Shown in pieces: positions 59,380 to 64,000 of a DNA stretch of 64,000 bases. The DNA is from a virus (taxonomy: Duplodnaviria > Caudoviricetes). The translations under genes and the position numbers were made by a program. The DNA is taken from positions 7,998 through 71,997 of IMG/VR virus record IMGVR_UViG_3300032266_001600; one strand, given 5' to 3'. Every line of letters starts with the position of its first letter. Position 1 is the first letter of the stretch. Below the pieces are notes generated by a model. The model ran no database searches. It saw nothing but the letters and a program-made list of their open reading frames with translations, and was not told where the DNA came from.

Positions 59380-62370
59380 TTAACTATATTGTGAGCCTTC
59401 GAAATAAAGTGTATCATACCTGAAATATTGCGGCGAATACCAAGTGCCTATTTCTGGGATTCTGCCTGTTGTCTGAGTGTGCGAGGGCGATGCAAGTATA
59501 TACTCAAGAACCTGATTATCCCCTCTAATTTCCCAGTGTGGGGGATAGTTTTCATTCCATTGTATTATTGAGTTGGTATAAGGGCCAAAGGCAAATCCAG
59601 ATCCATTTGCGAACCTTGGGAAGTGGGCGAACGGTGCATAGCCCCGAGAGTTATCGGGTCTTGCGAAAATTGAAACAGATGCACCGACGTCGATGTAATT
59701 TATAGGTGTGATTGTTAAGTTACCAATTCTTCCTATAGAACTTTCCTCCCAACCAATGGTGGGAATAAAGTTTGGATTTGTACTTGAGTTTGATGGTGCT
59801 TGAGGTCTGCTTTGATCACTATTCCAGAAAGTCCAAGTTTGGGCTGTGTTATAATAAAAACCAGGTGGAACTAAGAGAGGATACCTACCGTAAACAGGAT
59901 TATTCCAGGCGATATTATCTCCGATCCCTTGTCTGTACCAAACTCCATTTCTAACATCTCCTGTTGACCCAAAGTTAATATATAAATCTCCCATGGCTCT
60001 CCCAACTGGGGGTTCTGGGATCCCGCTGGGAGCGGTGAGAGAGAATCCATTAGTCCAATTAGATATGGGCCAATTACCTATGGGAATGATTGTTGGGTCG
60101 GTGGATGGATTTGTTGATACTATAGTTGAAGTCCAACCATAATCATTATCAAGATACAAATTCACCAGCGTCCAAGTGCTAAAAGGGGTATTTAACATAT
60201 TTGAAGCATTCGCATTTGCAGATCTGATTGTAGAATTAGGAGGACACAAAACACCATTCTCATACTCAAATTGATCAATTACGAAATTAGGTTTGCGATA
60301 TAAATATGCGCCACCACTTAAAATATATGATTGTGTTTCAGCCCCTTGACCAGGTCCACTAATAATTTGTGCACCTTGTGAAACTCTTGTATATGTTCCG
60401 TTGAATGCACTTGGCGAATTCTCGAAAGACATTGTTATGCTTGTTGTGGTCGCTGCAAGAAGCCCCGCTTCAATTGAGATAGATGGGGCAGACCAATTTA
60501 TCTTTGGTATGAATGAAGTGTTAGTAGAAGGATTTCTATTAAGTTCAACTATAGATGGATTATCTTCAATGTTACTAAATGAAATAAGCCTCCAAGTTGA
60601 AAATGCTTCTATGGTTGTTGTGTATGTGTCGTAGCCACCACCACTATACCATTCGCAAAAAACAGAACAGTTAGGGGGAATAAGCAAAAACCCTCTAACA
60701 TTTCCAAACCAATACATCTCTGTGGAAGGAGTGAATTTAAACCTAACTTCTTCGTCAACCATGTAAATTACCTGCCCAGAAGTTTTTGTATAAGTACCTC
60801 GATGCCAGTTTGGTCCGTCGCTAGTTCCTTCACCTATTACTATATTTTCTGTATTTGATACATTAATTCCGCTAGTTATGACTATGCCATCATCCCATCC
60901 TGTATCTGGTATAAAATTAGGGTTTGTTGCAGTAGGGTGATAAGAAGTCCGAGAAATATCTTCATTTACAAAATACCACCTTCCATCATATCTTAAATAA
61001 TAATCGCTTCCCCACCACCATTCAGTATCGCTTTGTTTATTGTATATTGCATAAGCTCCCACTGCTAAGGGTGGCATAGCTGGAGAATTTGCAGGTGAGA
61101 GAAGTGTTATTTGTTGGGTAGAAATAGGAATCTCAAAAGCTGTGATGGTGATAGATGATACTGCCCTGTGGACTACCCATCCAGTTTTCGGCACATTATT
61201 GAAATCTTGGCTTGGATTTGTTGCGTATGTATATCCTGAATTACCATATTCATCTGTACTATAAACAAACAATACCCAAGTAGGTGCAACAGCTTCTGTT
61301 GAACCACTCGTGCAGTTATTAAAAGATATAAAACTCTCTCCGCTTCCTCCTGCAAATTTTCTTGTGGCTATTCCTAATACCACGTAACCGTCTCCAGTGG
61401 GCGTGCCCCAGTTTACTGCTCCATTCACCACCCCTTCCCATTTTGCATCGAATGTATAGGTTGAACTACCAGAACCACCGTAATTACAAAGAGGTATACT
61501 CGTATCATTTCTGGTTAAAGTAACATTAGATGTTCCAGCATTACCCCCATTAACAATAATTTTATTTGTGGTCACATGAATCTCACTAGGTGCAGGTGCC
61601 CCAGATCCTGTTCTTGAAATTTTTAAGGTTGTATTTCTTTTAATTATTAAGCTCATATCTTCGATGGAGGTGATCGAGATTCCTTCGGACCATCCCGATG
61701 TTGGGATATGAGTACCGTCCGTAGATGGATTTACTGCATACACAAATTCATTGTCATTATTATAACCAACATACCAATAAGGAGCTGATTCTCTTGGAAC
61801 GAAAAAGACTATTTTGGCATTGTGGTCAGTATCTAGAGTGTAATAGATAGATTCTTCAGAACTACCTGGCCCGCTACCGCTATAGTAACCGCTTTTACTA
61901 TAAGACCCAGCACCGTTATTCTGTACCCCAAACATAATACCCATAACGTTTGAAACTATAATTTTTTGAGTGCTCGCAACTGGAATTCCGTTGGGGGTAA
62001 GGGTGAGACTCCGAGACCAACCAGTTGTGGGTATAACATTTCGATTTGTGCTTGGGTTGGTTGCGAGGTTTGGATATGCGGAAGACCAAACCAATGTTCC
62101 TTCTCCAAGGGAATCTTCGTAAACTCCAAATTCCCACCTGTTAGTTGTTACGTTGAACGCAAAGTATGTAACATATTTCGTTATAAAGCCATTAATTGTT
62201 TGCCCAAATTGATTTGTCGTAGTTATTCCGCCATCATCAGTAAAATTATTATAACCTTCAACTTTGAGATAAGTATCGGTTTGATATGAATACGTTGGAT
62301 CAAAAAGATTAATTGAGCTTGTTGTTGAAACAGACATGGGTGGTGGTTCTCTTTTAACTATAAAAGCCAT
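59380..62370 (-). CDS. Modular repeat adhesin/fibre-like protein (about 8 modules ending in NPST...IPxxGW...(L/I)TIT)
   Basis: Motif recurs about every 95-170 aa; aromatic- and Gly/Ser/Thr-rich; visibly more G+C than the core genes. Confidence 0.65.
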   Translation of the reverse strand: MAFIVKREPPPMSVSTTSSINLFDPTYSYQTDTYLKVEGYNNFTDDGGITTTNQFGQTINGFITKYVTYFAFNVTTNRWEFGVYEDSLGEGTLVWSSAYPNLATNPSTNRNVIPTTGWSRSLTLTPNGIPVASTQKIIVSNVMGIMFGVQNNGAGSYSKSGYYSGSGPGSSEESIYYTLDTDHNAKIVFFVPRESAPYWYVGYNNDNEFVYAVNPSTDGTHIPTSGWSEGISITSIEDMSLIIKRNTTLKISRTGSGAPAPSEIHVTTNKIIVNGGNAGTSNVTLTRNDTSIPLCNYGGSGSSTYTFDAKWEGVVNGAVNWGTPTGDGYVVLGIATRKFAGGSGESFISFNNCTSGSTEAVAPTWVLFVYSTDEYGNSGYTYATNPSQDFNNVPKTGWVVHRAVSSITITAFEIPISTQQITLLSPANSPAMPPLAVGAYAIYNKQSDTEWWWGSDYYLRYDGRWYFVNEDISRTSYHPTATNPNFIPDTGWDDGIVITSGINVSNTENIVIGEGTSDGPNWHRGTYTKTSGQVIYMVDEEVRFKFTPSTEMYWFGNVRGFLLIPPNCSVFCEWYSGGGYDTYTTTIEAFSTWRLISFSNIEDNPSIVELNRNPSTNTSFIPKINWSAPSISIEAGLLAATTTSITMSFENSPSAFNGTYTRVSQGAQIISGPGQGAETQSYILSGGAYLYRKPNFVIDQFEYENGVLCPPNSTIRSANANASNMLNTPFSTWTLVNLYLDNDYGWTSTIVSTNPSTDPTIIPIGNWPISNWTNGFSLTAPSGIPEPPVGRAMGDLYINFGSTGDVRNGVWYRQGIGDNIAWNNPVYGRYPLLVPPGFYYNTAQTWTFWNSDQSRPQAPSNSSTNPNFIPTIGWEESSIGRIGNLTITPINYIDVGASVSIFARPDNSRGYAPFAHFPRFANGSGFAFGPYTNSIIQWNENYPPHWEIRGDNQVLEYILASPSHTQTTGRIPEIGTWYSPQYFRYDTLYFEGSQYS

Positions 62371-62378
62371 AAATTATA

Positions 62379-62384
62379 TTACAC
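62379..62384 (-). promoter_or_regulatory. GTGTAA motif
   Basis: GAGTGTAATATAATTT-ATG, 8 nt before the start. Confidence 0.6.
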
Positions 62385-62393
62385 TCTACCACA

Positions 62394-62648
62394 CTAGTCA
62401 CTTAAATAGGTTTTGATATCTTTTATTAGTTTTTTTCTCTTATTATGTTCTAAAACTGTTACTAAGGTAGCTATTGATATTGGAAAAGTAAACCTCAGAA
62501 AGAATTGAAGGTGATCTTCCTTACTTAATAAATCAAAGTAATTAATATAGAGGTCACTTAGCCCCCAAAGCGTGAAAAGCATCGCAGGGACAAAAGTGAT
62601 AAAAAAGAACTTATCATAGGATTTTAAATTAGCCCACCATTTAATCAT
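62394..62648 (-). CDS. Small two-TM membrane protein
   Basis: Two hydrophobic segments and a basic C-terminus; AAGGA upstream. Confidence 0.55.
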   Translation of the reverse strand: MIKWWANLKSYDKFFFITFVPAMLFTLWGLSDLYINYFDLLSKEDHLQFFLRFTFPISIATLVTVLEHNKRKKLIKDIKTYLSD

Positions 62649-62664
62649 TGGTTAACGTGTCCTT

Positions 62665-64000
62665 TTAAGCTGGAGTGATGGTGAGAGATGGCGACCAGCC
62701 ATCTGTGGGAATGTAACTTGCAATTTGTCCGATAGAATTATTCACATAAACTGCAGACGGAACAGGAGGTATGGTACCATCGTTATAATGTCCAGCAGAA
62801 AATACTATTAAAATCCAAGTATTTTGTGGCAATGAAACATTTGGCGCTTCATCGGGTTGATTAGAATAATATGTTGTTGCTGATGTGTTGAATGCCAGAA
62901 TTGCCCTATCTCCAGTTCCAGTATCAGGATCCCAAGTATGACGTGCATAGTAGTTTGCTGGTTTTGGTGGTGTGGTATAAGATTCATCAAATGAATATAG
63001 AAGATTTCCCTGATCCCCACCAACATTTTGTTTTAATAGCGTAAAATTAAGAACATCAATATGCACTGCCGCAGTGCTAGAATAAGGAATCCCACCGTGT
63101 CCATCAGATCCTGCGGCATGGAATAATTTACCAGATAAATCTGAAGTCCAAGTGTCTGATCCTGGAGGCATATAATCAAAGATCAAAATTCCTTCGCCCT
63201 CTGGTCCATTACCAAATTCAACTGTTAATGGATAATAAGAATTCGCAACCATTGTGAATATGCCAGGTGGATCTGTGTGACGAGGCCCATGAAGTCCAGG
63301 TAGAGATACTACAGCGTTAGTAGCAGTTACATTACCATTCCCGTCCCTAGTAATACTTCTATTTCCGTCAAGAGCATTAGTTCCAAACCATAGGTAGCTA
63401 CCATCATCTGAGTATAATCTAAATTTGTACACTCCATTAACAGTAGGTTTAAAATAACCTTTGATAATAAGACTTTTATTGTTTTGTCCTTGAGCTGAAG
63501 AATAGTTATCATCAATCTGAGAGGTAACTTCTTCGGATACAGCAGCAGGACTTACGCTTGCAGTTCCTGGGTTCTGGATAAAACCACCAAAATAAAAATA
63601 AGTAACGCCTTTGCCTACAGAAGGGAATGGCAAAGCTCTAGCTTCTGGCGCATCATATTGATCTTGCGGAATAAAGCCCCAACTCACCCAATCTTGTTCC
63701 GTTGCAGTTCCAAGGTTACTTATTCGATAATTTGCAGTCTCATATTCATTAGCAAACGTGCTTACTAATCTAGTATTAAAAAAGTCATCATTTTCATAAA
63801 AATAACCTTCATATTTTTTCTTGTATAATCCAGGCAACAAGGTTAAACCTTCTACATTACTATCCTCTGGCTCTGGTGGAGGTGGAAGAGGTGGTGGAGG
63901 AGGTGGAGGAGGTGGTGGAGGAGGTGGTGGAGGAGGTGGAGGTGGTGGAGGAGGTGGAGGTGGTGGAGGAGGTGGTGGAGGAGGTGGAGGTGGTGGAGGA
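62665..64000 (-). CDS. PA14/GLEYA-domain protein with N-terminal poly-proline tract, 5' truncated (frame open to the window edge)
   Basis: KGYFKP...YKFRLYSDDGSYLW...GLHG...YYPLTVEFGN. Upstream of the track start, the frame reads P37+ L PPPP EPEDSNVEGLT L without a stop. Confidence 0.85.
   Translation of the reverse strand, partial: PPPPPPPPPPPPPPPPPPPPPPPPPPPPPPPPPPPPPLPPPPEPEDSNVEGLTLLPGLYKKKYEGYFYENDDFFNTRLVSTFANEYETANYRISNLGTATEQDWVSWGFIPQDQYDAPEARALPFPSVGKGVTYFYFGGFIQNPGTASVSPAAVSEEVTSQIDDNYSSAQGQNNKSLIIKGYFKPTVNGVYKFRLYSDDGSYLWFGTNALDGNRSITRDGNGNVTATNAVVSLPGLHGPRHTDPPGIFTMVANSYYPLTVEFGNGPEGEGILIFDYMPPGSDTWTSDLSGKLFHAAGSDGHGGIPYSSTAAVHIDVLNFTLLKQNVGGDQGNLLYSFDESYTTPPKPANYYARHTWDPDTGTGDRAILAFNTSATTYYSNQPDEAPNVSLPQNTWILIVFSAGHYNDGTIPPVPSAVYVNNSIGQIASYIPTDGWSPSLTITPA
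63874..64000 (-). repeat. (CCA/CCT)n poly-proline coding tract
   Basis: + strand TGG/AGG triplets; 37 consecutive Pro codons at 63889-63999, continuing off the window. Confidence 0.95.

Noticed and set aside
62394-62648. Holin call for the two-TM protein
   Set aside because: No endolysin or spanin nearby; two TM helices alone are not enough.
101-63515. Short antisense or alternative-frame ORFs in the track (e.g. 101-286, 1044-1283, 10936-11124, 32542-32877, 37454-37768, 60401-60634, 61966-62289)
   Set aside because: They lie wholly inside longer genes with recognisable motifs and have no promoter motif or family signature.
59380-63840. Diversity-generating retroelement or invertase shufflon behind the modular adhesin
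   Set aside because: No reverse transcriptase or recombinase in the window, no near-identical TR/VR pair differing only at adenines, and no inverted crossover sites seen.
1-64000. Stop-codon reassignment, as in some large phages
   Set aside because: Conserved genes are full length in the standard code, coding density is near complete, and TGA serves as a normal terminator.
1-64000. tRNA or structured ncRNA genes
   Set aside because: Intergenic gaps are under about 95 nt and are explained by promoters or the terminator; no T-loop/cloverleaf pattern was seen by eye. tRNAscan-SE or Infernal would be the decisive test.

Overview
The window looks like a 64-kb slice of a large, very AT-rich tailed dsDNA phage genome (siphovirus-like). 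No integrase, tRNA, rRNA or CRISPR array was seen, and the standard genetic code fits the long ORFs. Layout: (1) 1-12.8 kb (+): tail module with a partial completion protein, major tail tube, putative chaperones, fibre-like genes and a 2172-aa tape measure protein. (2) 12.8-21.9 kb (-): lambda-like tail-tip genes M-L-K-I-J, inverted relative to the tape measure, several with inserted domains, including an extensin-like poly-proline tract in I. (3) 22-38 kb (mostly -): a tail-tube paralogue, two glycosyltransferases, then replication genes: putative SSAP and SSB, DnaE split from its PHP domain with a DEDDh exonuclease in between, PD-(D/E)XK nuclease, primase, ThyX, DnaB and RecA. (4) 38-49 kb (-): glycosylation island with Gmd, a ColD-like dehydratase and about 9 glycosyltransferase-like genes. 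(5) 50.5-56 kb (-): a DUF6734-like gene, two SdpA-like/HTTM (vitamin-K-dependent carboxylase-like) gene pairs, and a degenerate methyltransferase and 2OG oxygenase. (6) 56-64 kb (-): cyclophilin, LamG/fibrinogen protein, a modular repeat adhesin-like protein, and a PA14 protein preceded by at least 37 consecutive prolines. Two promoter classes can be read directly from the DNA: sigma70-like, and a GTGTAA motif that is probably a phage late promoter. Both mostly imply leaderless mRNAs. The best candidates for an undescribed system are the duplicated HTTM/SdpAB-like modification locus and a possible proline-rich virion glycoprotein system. All family assignments come from motif recognition by eye, with no database searches.
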